Below, one piece after another: positions 29,033 to 37,160 of a DNA stretch of 50,568 nucleotides. This DNA comes from a virus (Duplodnaviria > Heunggongvirae > Uroviricota > Caudoviricetes), in the IMG/VR virus record IMGVR_UViG_3300047548_001036, positions 64,001 to 114,568 of that record. One strand, 5' to 3'. The notes beneath the pieces are model-generated. The model worked only from the letters and a program-made list of their open reading frames with translations, was not told where the DNA came from and did no database searches. How positions within the stretch are numbered: the stretch's first letter is position 1; each line of letters starts with the position of its first letter. A program made the position numbers and the translations under genes.

Positions 29033-29134
29033 TTAGTACCAGTATCCTCGATAATTATTTAATCGAGCGTGTCGGGCTCTAAGTTCTCCGGCTTCTTCCA
29101 ATTTATTCCAAATGTAAGTAAAAAACTTTCTCAT
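29033..29134 (-). CDS. Unannotated 33-aa micro-ORF (MRKFFTYIWNKLEEAGELRARHARLNNYRGYWY)
   Basis: AAAGGA SD 7 nt upstream; the stop is 1 nt before the GNAT ATG; fills the gap after the minus-strand TAAATA. Confidence 0.6.
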   Translation of the reverse strand: MRKFFTYIWNKLEEAGELRARHARLNNYRGYWY

Positions 29135-29177
29135 GATAATTATCCTTTAAATACGTAGATCAATGTGTTCTACCAAG

Positions 29178-29199
29178 TATTTATGCTGCGGTGCAACAT
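29178..29199 (-). promoter_or_regulatory. Minus-strand TAAATA element abutting an imperfect palindrome ATGCTGC-N3-GCAACAT
   Basis: TATTTA at 29178-29183; inverted repeat at 29183-29199 with 7-bp arms and one mismatch. Confidence 0.5.
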
Positions 29200-29262
29200 C
29201 AACGGAAATCATATTTTAGTTCATTGGCAAAAATAGGTAAATATAAAAAAGGAACTCTGTAA

Positions 29263-29523
29263 ATGAAAAAGACTACGAGATCTATCTTACAAGAATTAAG
29301 CGAGCTTAGTATTAATCGCAACAAGGATCTTGTGATTGAAAGCCGCGGCACCAACTTAATTGAGAGTGCCATTAACCTGCTGGCGTTAATCAGAGAGCAA
29401 TACGATATAGAAACAGCATCTGAATTGGAACGAAGATTTATAAATTCTATAAGAACGTCAGATACTGCAAAATTTAAACGAAGTATTAAAAAAATACAAG
29501 AGTCTCGAAATGAAAATAAATGA
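29263..29523 (+). CDS. Conserved jumbo-phage hypothetical protein
   Basis: 86 aa 'MKKTTRSILQEL...IESRG.N.IESAINL...ELERR.INSIR..D..KF.R.I'; TAAATA at 29238 and AAGGAA SD. Confidence 0.75.
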   Translation: MKKTTRSILQELSELSINRNKDLVIESRGTNLIESAINLLALIREQYDIETASELERRFINSIRTSDTAKFKRSIKKIQESRNENK

Positions 29524-30289
29524 AATAATAGACCCAACTCTTGAAGAAGGATGGAAAGAAAAGTTAGCAACTTTGGGCCTGGCTGGGGCAATGGGCATTG
29601 GGGGAGCCGCATATGATTATGCAAAGAATCCAGAAACTGGACCCAAGATTATTAAATCTTTAGTGGGCAAGAAGTCAGTTGCCAACACACCAGAACCCGT
29701 ACCAAATACACCACCAAGTGCCAAAGCTGCGCCTAAAATACAAAAGCCCACGGTAGCTGCTAAAAAAATAGACGTATCAAGATTAAGTGAGGTTCTTCCT
29801 AATTCGGCAAAAATATTAAAAAAACATGCATTAGAAGCAGGGATAACTGGAACTGAACTAATACAGTTACTGGCACAGGCGCAACACGAAACTGCAAACT
29901 TTACACGCACAGAAGAAATAGGGAATAAACATCATTTTAAAAAATATGATCCAAAATTTAATCCACGTAAAGCAAAAACACTTGGTAACATAAAGCCAGG
30001 AGACGGAGAAAAATATAAAGGACGGGGGTTCCTACAAATTACTGGACGCTGGAATTATCGAGAGGCTGGAAAGGCATTGGGATTGCCTTTAGAGGCACAA
30101 CCGGAATTATTAAATCGACCGGAGATTGCTGCCAAAGTTAGTATCTGGTTTTGGAATACTGTAGTTAAGCCAAACGTTAATAATTTTAAAGACGTTAAGC
30201 ATGTTACTAAAAAAATTAATCCTGGATTAGCCGGACTCAATGATCGAATTCAAAAGTTCCAAGACTTAATGAAAGCCGCGGTTATATGA
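29510..30289 (+). CDS. Glycoside hydrolase family 19 (lysozyme/chitinase-like) protein with an N-terminal hydrophobic segment
   Basis: 'LAQAQHET', 'GDG.KYKGRGFLQITGRWNY', 'PELL', 'AA..SIWFW' and 'VTKKINPG..GL.DR'. Confidence 0.88.
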   Translation: MKINEIIDPTLEEGWKEKLATLGLAGAMGIGGAAYDYAKNPETGPKIIKSLVGKKSVANTPEPVPNTPPSAKAAPKIQKPTVAAKKIDVSRLSEVLPNSAKILKKHALEAGITGTELIQLLAQAQHETANFTRTEEIGNKHHFKKYDPKFNPRKAKTLGNIKPGDGEKYKGRGFLQITGRWNYREAGKALGLPLEAQPELLNRPEIAAKVSIWFWNTVVKPNVNNFKDVKHVTKKINPGLAGLNDRIQKFQDLMKAAVI

Positions 30290-30879
30290 TGAAGTTTGTT
30301 AAAGAGCTGTACGAAGCACGACTTATCCGCACCAAGGATGACCTAAAGTACAGTTACAGCGAAGTATGTGAATATCTATATCTTACCGTGTTAACTCTAG
30401 ACTTCCTAAGTCGTATAAAAGAAGGCAAAGACATAGCAGAAAAATATGCTCGCCTAACTTCTAGTTATATTAACTATACAGAATTCAGAACAAGTGCAAC
30501 CGATCTATACAATTTAATATATTTTGTTCAAGAAGATCCGGATAATGTAGAGAAAATATTTGGAAGCGAAGATAGTAAAAAGCTTAGACTAATGACTCAG
30601 CTACCTCGTATGGAATTAAATCGTTGGTTAATTAAGCTTAGAGATCCCAATAGTCGAGAGTTATATTTTTTTGTAAAGCTAGAACAAGCACTCAATGTCA
30701 AAAATACCGAACTTAAAGACCTCAGAAGATTACTGTCCGTTAAAAACCCGTCTAATCAAGAGTTAACTATTATCTCTTACCGGATATTAAACTTTTTTAG
30801 ACAAAAAATGCCATTGTTTGATCTTAAGCCTGATATAGAAAATGTATTAAGTCAGGGAAAATACACCTATATCAAATGA
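30286..30879 (+). CDS. Hypothetical protein
   Basis: 197-aa ORF coupled to GH19 by an ATGA overlap; leader 'MKFVKELYEA'. Confidence 0.7.
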   Translation: MMKFVKELYEARLIRTKDDLKYSYSEVCEYLYLTVLTLDFLSRIKEGKDIAEKYARLTSSYINYTEFRTSATDLYNLIYFVQEDPDNVEKIFGSEDSKKLRLMTQLPRMELNRWLIKLRDPNSRELYFFVKLEQALNVKNTELKDLRRLLSVKNPSNQELTIISYRILNFFRQKMPLFDLKPDIENVLSQGKYTYIK

Positions 30880-30940
30880 TTTTGCTAAATAAATGTATGA
30901 AACTCATAATAAAGAGTTCAAAATTCTAAGGAGAAATATT

Positions 30941-31459
30941 ATGCCAAGTTTAATCGGTTCAGTAATCGCAGGTAGCGGCGGTGTTGAGTTAACAGAACAC
31001 TATCTACGTGTTCGTCAAAGCCCAGGTGCTGCTTATGCAGATAAGGACGGTAACGTTATCGTTTCTGCTCCGTTACTAACATTCAACACACCTAACCTAC
31101 AAATGTTCAAAGTTGTAGTTGAAGGTGTTGACCTAACTACTAGCGCAAGCGTTTCTAACAGTGCATGGTCCAAGGCTATTCGTGCTATTCAAGTAACCAG
31201 CGAAGTGTTTGCAGTTTTTGCACCAGCAGAAGCTGCTGGTGATAGCACTTTCTGCTACTTAGCTCCTGACTTCAATACTAACACTGGTGATGTCAGTGCT
31301 AAAGGCGATGTACAAGCCGCTGTTGCAGAGCGTGGTGGTAACTTCAGTATTGTTGAAAAGGCAATTGCTGATGCACTAGGGGTTGCTACTGGTAATGTTA
31401 CTGTTATCCGCGCAATGGTTGTTGGCGGTGCTGTTGTTAACGAAGTTGATCCAGTTTAA
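30941..31459 (+). CDS. Probable abundant virion protein (unknown family)
   Basis: Start corrected to the ATG at 30941 (AAGGAG SD). TAAATA at 30886, strong GCT/GGT/GTT codon bias and its own terminator. Confidence 0.7.
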   Translation: MPSLIGSVIAGSGGVELTEHYLRVRQSPGAAYADKDGNVIVSAPLLTFNTPNLQMFKVVVEGVDLTTSASVSNSAWSKAIRAIQVTSEVFAVFAPAEAAGDSTFCYLAPDFNTNTGDVSAKGDVQAAVAERGGNFSIVEKAIADALGVATGNVTVIRAMVVGGAVVNEVDPV

Positions 31460-31487
31460 TTACTGAAACTAGAAACTACTAGAAACT

Positions 31488-31516
31488 AAAAACCTTGCAT
31501 AATGCAAGGTTTTTTT
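31488..31516 (+). terminator. Intrinsic terminator
   Basis: AACCTTGCAT-a-ATGCAAGGTT inverted repeat followed by a T run. Confidence 0.8.
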
Positions 31517-31567
31517 ATGGATTAATGTAGCCATATTAGTACTAACCCGAATAGTTTAAATAATAGT

Positions 31568-31888
31568 ATGCAATCCAAACAAGATTACTCAGACACCAAA
31601 CTCAAAGAAATTAAGCTGTGGGCATGGGCTGCCACAGTATTGCCTATAACCGGACTTGCCGGTGTATTTTTTGCATGGATTCTAGGATTCGACAACTGGT
31701 TTCATACTATTATTACCATAGGAGCAACGGCCATGTTCGCAGTTGCGGTCTTTTGGTGGTGGTGGGTAATGTGGACCGTAGCAAAAATTATAAAAAAAGA
31801 GCAAAAGGTGGTTAAAGAACTAAAAGATACAAATAGCTACATCAAAGAGTTAAAAACGGTAATTATCAAAAATGTCAAAAACAACTAA
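31568..31888 (+). CDS. Small membrane protein (two TM segments; holin-like)
   Basis: Hydrophobic 'LWAWAATVLPITGLAGVFFAWILG' and 'IITIGATAMFAVAVFWWWWVMW'; basic C-terminus. Confidence 0.65.
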   Translation: MQSKQDYSDTKLKEIKLWAWAATVLPITGLAGVFFAWILGFDNWFHTIITIGATAMFAVAVFWWWWVMWTVAKIIKKEQKVVKELKDTNSYIKELKTVIIKNVKNN

Positions 31889-31938
31889 ATAATTTATTAT
31901 AAAGGTTTACTGTTCCTTTACCCATTCTGGAGATGTTT

Positions 31939-32178
31939 ATGAGTTTGCCAACTACAAGCCTAGAAAAAGAGAGCTTAGAAGCACACGTTGACATGTGTGC
32001 GTTGAGATACGGTCAATTAGATCAGAGATTGACAAATCTCGAAGAAAAAGTCGACAACATTCATAAAGATATTGTCGAAGGTCAAAAAAGTTTAAGTAAA
32101 GTTATTATAGGAACTGCGGGAACCATAATAGCAGGTGTAATTAGTGTAACAGTAACATTATTAATGAAAATGAATTAA
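31939..32178 (+). CDS. Coiled-coil protein with a C-terminal TM helix
   Basis: Start probably 31939 (GGAG SD). 'SLEAHVDMCALRY..LD.RLTNLEEKVD' followed by a hydrophobic tail. Confidence 0.7.
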   Translation: MSLPTTSLEKESLEAHVDMCALRYGQLDQRLTNLEEKVDNIHKDIVEGQKSLSKVIIGTAGTIIAGVISVTVTLLMKMN

Positions 32179-32194
32179 CTCGAATACGTAGAGT

Positions 32195-32217
32195 AAAGGC
32201 TCTCTGAGCCTTTTTTT
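32195..32217 (+). terminator. Intrinsic terminator
   Basis: AAAGGCTC-tct-GAGCCTTT followed by a T run. Confidence 0.8.
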
Positions 32218-32233
32218 GCGAGTTAAATACCGT

Positions 32234-32638
32234 ATGCGTTACAAACTTTATACATTGGTAGATATTACACATACTGGGCAGGCTAGGCCCGAATACGGTA
32301 AAGAAGATCTACATTACAAAGAACAAAATTTCAATACTGTATTACAAACCCTGGGGTTACGAAGTAATATTTGGTATGCTCATGGCCCTATTACCATGGA
32401 AGTTAAGGGCAGATTAGTTGGGTTTAACACCGATCAAATTATCAGAGTATGGAGATTTGACTGGAGCACTGATAGAGAGGACCTGTATCTAAGTAAAGGA
32501 GACCCGTTAGCTTTTTTAAAAGAAGATTTTCACCTAGTTCCTTACATAAAAGGATTGGATGAAAAGATGGAGCAACATTACGCCATGTTTGTGACTAGCA
32601 TTGATAATTCTAATATTGTTTTCCATTTAACGGAATAA
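32234..32638 (+). CDS. Conserved phage hypothetical protein
   Basis: Start at the ATG 32234, 4 nt after TAAATA; 'YKLYTLVDIT.TG...EQNFNTVLQTLGLRSNI'. Confidence 0.75.
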   Translation: MRYKLYTLVDITHTGQARPEYGKEDLHYKEQNFNTVLQTLGLRSNIWYAHGPITMEVKGRLVGFNTDQIIRVWRFDWSTDREDLYLSKGDPLAFLKEDFHLVPYIKGLDEKMEQHYAMFVTSIDNSNIVFHLTE

Positions 32639-32658
32639 ATATTATAAAGGAACGCATA

Positions 32659-32958
32659 ATGAAGTGTAACGAGATTTTAGAAGGTATGGGCAAGCGTAAG
32701 AAGGTTAAGGAAATGACTCCTTCAGGAACAACACAACCTGCCAAAGTACAAAAGGTAAATCCGGATGGGACCGCTGATATTGTAGATACCAAAGGTACTG
32801 TAACTAAAGTAGATCAAAAATCTATAGCGCCCGATGCCAATGATCCCACCAAGCTAACTGTTAACATTCCTAAGCCTAAAATACAACCGGGCACCAGTAT
32901 TAATATGACGGCTGAACAAATAGAATTTAATTATTTAAAGAAGCTGGCAGGCATATGA
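32659..32958 (+). CDS. Hypothetical protein with an MKxxEI leader
   Basis: 99 aa; TAAATA at 32636 and AAAGGA SD; ends 'LKKLAGI'. Confidence 0.7.
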   Translation: MKCNEILEGMGKRKKVKEMTPSGTTQPAKVQKVNPDGTADIVDTKGTVTKVDQKSIAPDANDPTKLTVNIPKPKIQPGTSINMTAEQIEFNYLKKLAGI

Positions 32959-33155
32959 AAATAAATGAGCTACTACAAGGGTTTTCTATATATACATCGT
33001 TAGAAGAAGAACGAGTTCTTAAAAAGTTAACCACTCCAGCCTATCTTAGCGACTTTAATGAAAGAGACCAGGTTATTATCGAAGGCATGGTTAGGAAATC
33101 CTTGGTAATTAAGATCGGGAGTAAAAATCCCAAGGTAGTTGTCAATGAATTTTAA
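32955..33155 (+). CDS. Hypothetical protein (MKINELL leader)
   Basis: 66 aa; ATGA overlap with the upstream gene. Confidence 0.7.
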   Translation: MKINELLQGFSIYTSLEEERVLKKLTTPAYLSDFNERDQVIIEGMVRKSLVIKIGSKNPKVVVNEF

Positions 33156-33576
33156 GAAACAAGCATATCAATTAGAAAAATTTTTAGAAGATGAGCTAAT
33201 AAAAAAGCCTCCAATAACAGTATTATCTAACGGGTCTTTAGTATATAATAATTTTATTATTGATAAAACATCAATAGAATCTTGGTCATTAAAAAGGCGT
33301 GGCGGTAATCTTTTAGATACGTTTAATTTAAAAGCCAGTGCCATTGCTGCTGCAAATTTATACAGTCGCAATAATTTTAAAAACTATAGCAGCCTTAAAA
33401 TATTGGACGAAATGTACTTTAAACATAGTACAGACGCTAACAGATACAAAAATAGATATCAAACAACAAACGACCTAGATCTTAGAGATTTATTTATTTC
33501 AAGATATATGGAATCTAAAGAGCGTGCCGATTATGCTAAACAGCAAATAGTCACTCAGTTCAGAACGATGTTTTGA
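33145..33576 (+). CDS. Hypothetical protein
   Basis: About 143-aa ORF overlapping the upstream stop. Confidence 0.7.
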   Translation: MNFKKQAYQLEKFLEDELIKKPPITVLSNGSLVYNNFIIDKTSIESWSLKRRGGNLLDTFNLKASAIAAANLYSRNNFKNYSSLKILDEMYFKHSTDANRYKNRYQTTNDLDLRDLFISRYMESKERADYAKQQIVTQFRTMF

Positions 33577-33611
33577 TAAATAAAGAATAACAAGTCATTA
33601 GGAACCCTAAT

Positions 33612-34526
33612 ATGCAAATCAGAGATTTATCAGGTAAAATAACCAGTCAAACACTAAATGAAAGTTTAGCTAAAAAGTTCGGCTATCGCTTACAGTTAGA
33701 CAAATTCACCGAATCACAATTATCAAAAGTTCAGCAAAAACTTGCCGAGCAAGTGTCGGAGTTTGAGCGCACTAACAGTTTCGATAGCGTAATCGAGAAT
33801 CACGAATATCAGAAAAATCGTGCAATGCTAGATGTTGTGCGCCAAGCTATTAAAGAGCGTGCTTTAAGCCCTGAAGAAAAAACAAAGCGTGAAAAGTATG
33901 TTAAAGGCATGAAGAAAGCCAAAGGCGAATTTAAAAAGCGTTACGGCAAACGAGGCGAAGAAGTTATGTACGCTACTGCTAGCAAAATGGCTAAGAAAGA
34001 GTCTATCGACGAAGCTATGGCAATTCTGCGTGGGGTATTGAGCGAGCGCACACTAACTGAAGGCGAAGAAGAAAAGGCAGCACTAATCATGTCTTCGAGA
34101 GACATGGTAGATAAGATTACTGGATGGTTGGAAGACGTTTCCAGTATGAAGGCCGAAACGATGTTAGATCTCGTAGACTCTATAAGAGATGAATTAGGCA
34201 GTGAAACAGCTGAGCAATTTTCTAGTACCGTGAAACCTGCGTTAGAAGATTTATATAAGAATTTAGAACAACATCGAACAACAATGGCACAGGCTGTTAG
34301 CATTTTAACAGGCGAAGAAGGCCCGCATGGAGCACCAGGAAACGTTGGCGTTGCAGGAATGCCTAGTGGTGATGAACTTGGTGCTGAAATAGGCGCAGAA
34401 GGTCCTCCCGCAGCAGGTGGAGAAGAGATACCCGAAATGCCACCGGAAGCCGAAGTTCGTATGAAGCGTGAAAGCATTGAGTACAGCCGTAAACTAGGCA
34501 CAATTTTAAGTTCAAAAAAAAGATAA
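33612..34526 (+). CDS. Conserved helical protein, probable prohead core/scaffold-type
   Basis: 304 aa; TAAATA at 33577. Repeated [LI]-x-E sites (LNE, IKE, LSE, LTE), acidic Pro/Gly-rich tail; ends in an A8 run (SKKR*). Confidence 0.75.
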   Translation: MQIRDLSGKITSQTLNESLAKKFGYRLQLDKFTESQLSKVQQKLAEQVSEFERTNSFDSVIENHEYQKNRAMLDVVRQAIKERALSPEEKTKREKYVKGMKKAKGEFKKRYGKRGEEVMYATASKMAKKESIDEAMAILRGVLSERTLTEGEEEKAALIMSSRDMVDKITGWLEDVSSMKAETMLDLVDSIRDELGSETAEQFSSTVKPALEDLYKNLEQHRTTMAQAVSILTGEEGPHGAPGNVGVAGMPSGDELGAEIGAEGPPAAGGEEIPEMPPEAEVRMKRESIEYSRKLGTILSSKKR

Positions 34527-34870
34527 ATGAGAGCGAAGATCCTTTACTGAATCTTTTAGCTTCTCAGCAAGCTCGCGCCTTAAGTAAAAATAGCCCTTCA
34601 AGTTTTTCTTGGAGGGCTATCGCATCTATGTACCGTGACCTCACTGGTCGTAACATTGACGGACAAAACTTATATGCTGAGTTTGAAAGAAAATACAATA
34701 AAAATAAAGAGTCATTCGATAAAATAATTGGAAACTTTGACCAAAACGGCGTTGAGCTTAAAGCAGCCGAAGAGGAAGAAGTGGCTAATCCTGAAAAAGC
34801 TTCTGCTAAGAAAAAAGTTGATAGCATGGCAAAACGTGCAAGTACCAAGCTGCTGAAAAAGAAAACTTGA
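34520..34870 (+). CDS. -1-frame ORF overlapping the end of 33612..34526 (frameshift extension, or an independent gene from ATG 34628)
   Basis: Frame is open 34493-34870 with no ATG until 34628; reads KINESEDPLLNLLASQQARALSKNSPSSFSWRAIASMYRD... Confidence 0.6.
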   Translation, partial: KINESEDPLLNLLASQQARALSKNSPSSFSWRAIASMYRDLTGRNIDGQNLYAEFERKYNKNKESFDKIIGNFDQNGVELKAAEEEEVANPEKASAKKKVDSMAKRASTKLLKKKT

Positions 34871-34895
34871 CACTATACAGAAATAGCTACATAAT
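34867..34895 (+). promoter_or_regulatory. sigma70-type promoter (probably a leaderless transcript)
   Basis: TTGACA - 17 nt - CATAAT; ATG 6 nt downstream; no SD. Confidence 0.7.
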
Positions 34896-34901
34896 AGTAG
34901 T

Positions 34902-35591
34902 ATGTCACTACTAAAACCTAAATTTAAATACGAAAAACTAACTAGGGACGAAAGTTCGGGAAAACGTCTATATGCTACTCCAACCGGACATAAAGTCCCT
35001 AGTGTCACGACTGTATTAGACAAGACCAAACCAGCAGAAGCACGAGAGGCCTTGGCTAATTGGCGTCGAGCAGTAGGGGAACAAAAAGCGCAGGCTATCA
35101 CTACCGAGGCTGCAAACCGTGGAACACGAATGCACAAGTTTCTAGAAGACTATGTAAACGGTATTCCATTAAACGAAAATATCTCCAATCCTTATGCACA
35201 GCAAAGTCTCAAAATGGCTAAAACTGTGATCACCCATGGTATGGCATTCGTTGATGAAGTTTGGGGCAGTGAAGTTCCACTATATTTTCCAGAGCTATAC
35301 GCAGGCACTACGGACTGTGTAGGTGTGCATCAGGGAGAACCTGCTATTCTGGATTTTAAACAAACTAATAAGCCTAAAAAGCGAGAACACATAGACGATT
35401 ACTTTTTACAGCTGACAGCATATGCACTTGCACATAACGAAGTACATGGAACTGATATTCGAAAAGGTGTTATTCTTATGTGCAGTAAAGATTACGAGTA
35501 TCAAGAGTTCATTCTTGAACCAAAAGATTTCGATTACTGGACTGAACGATGGTGCGAACGGGTTAGCCAGTACTACAGACTACCTAATTAA
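34902..35591 (+). CDS. PD-(D/E)XK (Cas4/RecB-like) phage exonuclease
   Basis: 'VPSVTTVL', 'AANRGTRMH..LE', 'EVPL....YAGTTDC', 'ILDFKQ' and 'YFLQLTAYA.AHN'. Confidence 0.85.
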   Translation: MSLLKPKFKYEKLTRDESSGKRLYATPTGHKVPSVTTVLDKTKPAEAREALANWRRAVGEQKAQAITTEAANRGTRMHKFLEDYVNGIPLNENISNPYAQQSLKMAKTVITHGMAFVDEVWGSEVPLYFPELYAGTTDCVGVHQGEPAILDFKQTNKPKKREHIDDYFLQLTAYALAHNEVHGTDIRKGVILMCSKDYEYQEFILEPKDFDYWTERWCERVSQYYRLPN

Positions 35592-35621
35592 TGATAAATA
35601 TCCTATATAGAGGATAATTTC

Positions 35622-37160
35622 ATGGCAGTAGTGCAAATTTCGAAAATTCAAATTAGAAGAGGCAGAAAGAAAACCGATACAGGAATGCCGCAGCTTGCCA
35701 GTGGCGAATTAGCATGGGCAATAGATACGCAAGAATTGTTTGTTGGTAATGGTAGTGTCAGCGAGGGTGCGCCGTATGTTGGAAACACCAGGGTACTAAC
35801 AGAACACGACAATCTTTTAGAGCTGCTAAGACAGTATCAATATAAGGCACTTGACACCAGTGTGCAAACTGGTACTGATCCTAACTTTCCTATAAAACGG
35901 ACACTACAGGATCGTCTGGATGAAGGATCGGTTAATGCACTTAGTTTTGGTATTGTTCCAATTCCCTACCCCGCTGGTGAAACCATTAGTACACAGACCC
36001 AAAGGATTAAGCATGCTCTCACTCAAATTGCAGGGAAGGCAACCTTAGAGTTTGAACCAGGGGTTTATCAATTCAATGATAAAATTGAAGTTTTTTCAAA
36101 TACTATTTTAAAGGGTGCTGGCAAGGGAAGAACTATATTCGAGTTTTTAATCGTAGGCTCCAATATCTCAACAGCTATACAAACAATACCAAATTCATCG
36201 TATATCTCGATAAGTGGAGTCACAGTCAAGCTACCGATTGATTCTATTGGGTTGGGTATAGATAACACTACTGCCTCTACATTTAAAAGCATAGAATTTA
36301 CCTACGGAACCGGAGTCCCTGTTCTTGGGTCTACTGAAAACATTACTGGAATTGTAATAACACAAAACTCAGCATCCAGTACTCTAACATCACAAAACTT
36401 ATTTGAAGATGTTGATTTCCGAGGACTAACTTATGCTGTTGATTCATCCGGAGAAGTTCGTTATAATTTTTTTAAGAACTGTGTTTTTAGAAATTTATTC
36501 CAAGGTGTTCGATTAGGTATCGATACCTTAGCAACATACAACACTATTACAGATAGCGTATTTGATACCATACTAGAACAGGCAATAACCATCAAAGGAT
36601 ACGGTAATAGGTCCAGAGGAAACACGTTTATTAATGTCGGTAACAATAACGGCGGAACTAACGCAACACACAGCATTATTAAATTCTTAACTCCGGGCAA
36701 TAGCAGTTACCAAGATTATTTCGAAAGAACTAGTCAGTTAACCACGGCTGATTTAACGCTTGACTATATTCCAGAGATTGAAGGTCCGGTGTATCGAGAA
36801 GAAGTATTCACGAATGTTATTAGTCTACCTAATACTCTGGTGCCAACAGAGATTATTAGATTGCCGATTTCAGACTCTACTAGCTTAGAAGTAAACTACA
36901 TATTTACTAGCAGTACATTCCAACAAGTAAGAAAAGGTACAATTCACCTAGTAGTAGATAAACTGACAGATAGCCTTCAACTAGTTGACGACTACGAATA
37001 TAGTGGTCCAGACTTAGGAGAAGATGCTATTATCTTTACCGCAGAAGTTAAGGTACCCAACGGTAGCTCGACTGTCAAGTCTGTTGTAATTAGCTACATT
37101 AATCAAAACGTAACAGTTGATACTAACTCATTCACTTATACATTTACCATAACTAGTTAA
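35622..37160 (+). CDS. Virion protein with an Mtd_N-like N-terminus and a pectin-lyase-like beta-helix
   Basis: 'QISKIQIRRG...PQLASGELAWAIDTQELFVGNG', then 'LEFEPGVYQF....V.SNTILKGAG...TI' beta-helix start. Confidence 0.7.
   Translation: MAVVQISKIQIRRGRKKTDTGMPQLASGELAWAIDTQELFVGNGSVSEGAPYVGNTRVLTEHDNLLELLRQYQYKALDTSVQTGTDPNFPIKRTLQDRLDEGSVNALSFGIVPIPYPAGETISTQTQRIKHALTQIAGKATLEFEPGVYQFNDKIEVFSNTILKGAGKGRTIFEFLIVGSNISTAIQTIPNSSYISISGVTVKLPIDSIGLGIDNTTASTFKSIEFTYGTGVPVLGSTENITGIVITQNSASSTLTSQNLFEDVDFRGLTYAVDSSGEVRYNFFKNCVFRNLFQGVRLGIDTLATYNTITDSVFDTILEQAITIKGYGNRSRGNTFINVGNNNGGTNATHSIIKFLTPGNSSYQDYFERTSQLTTADLTLDYIPEIEGPVYREEVFTNVISLPNTLVPTEIIRLPISDSTSLEVNYIFTSSTFQQVRKGTIHLVVDKLTDSLQLVDDYEYSGPDLGEDAIIFTAEVKVPNGSSTVKSVVISYINQNVTVDTNSFTYTFTITS

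Noticed and set aside
29199-29910. Minus-strand ORFs 29199..29624 and 29617..29910 as extensions of the antisense cassette
   Set aside because: They overlap well-supported plus-strand genes (29263, GH19) and lie upstream of the cassette's own promoter motif.
31464-31488. Three GAAACTA direct repeats before the terminator
   Set aside because: Short, AT-rich and not seen elsewhere; no support for a function.
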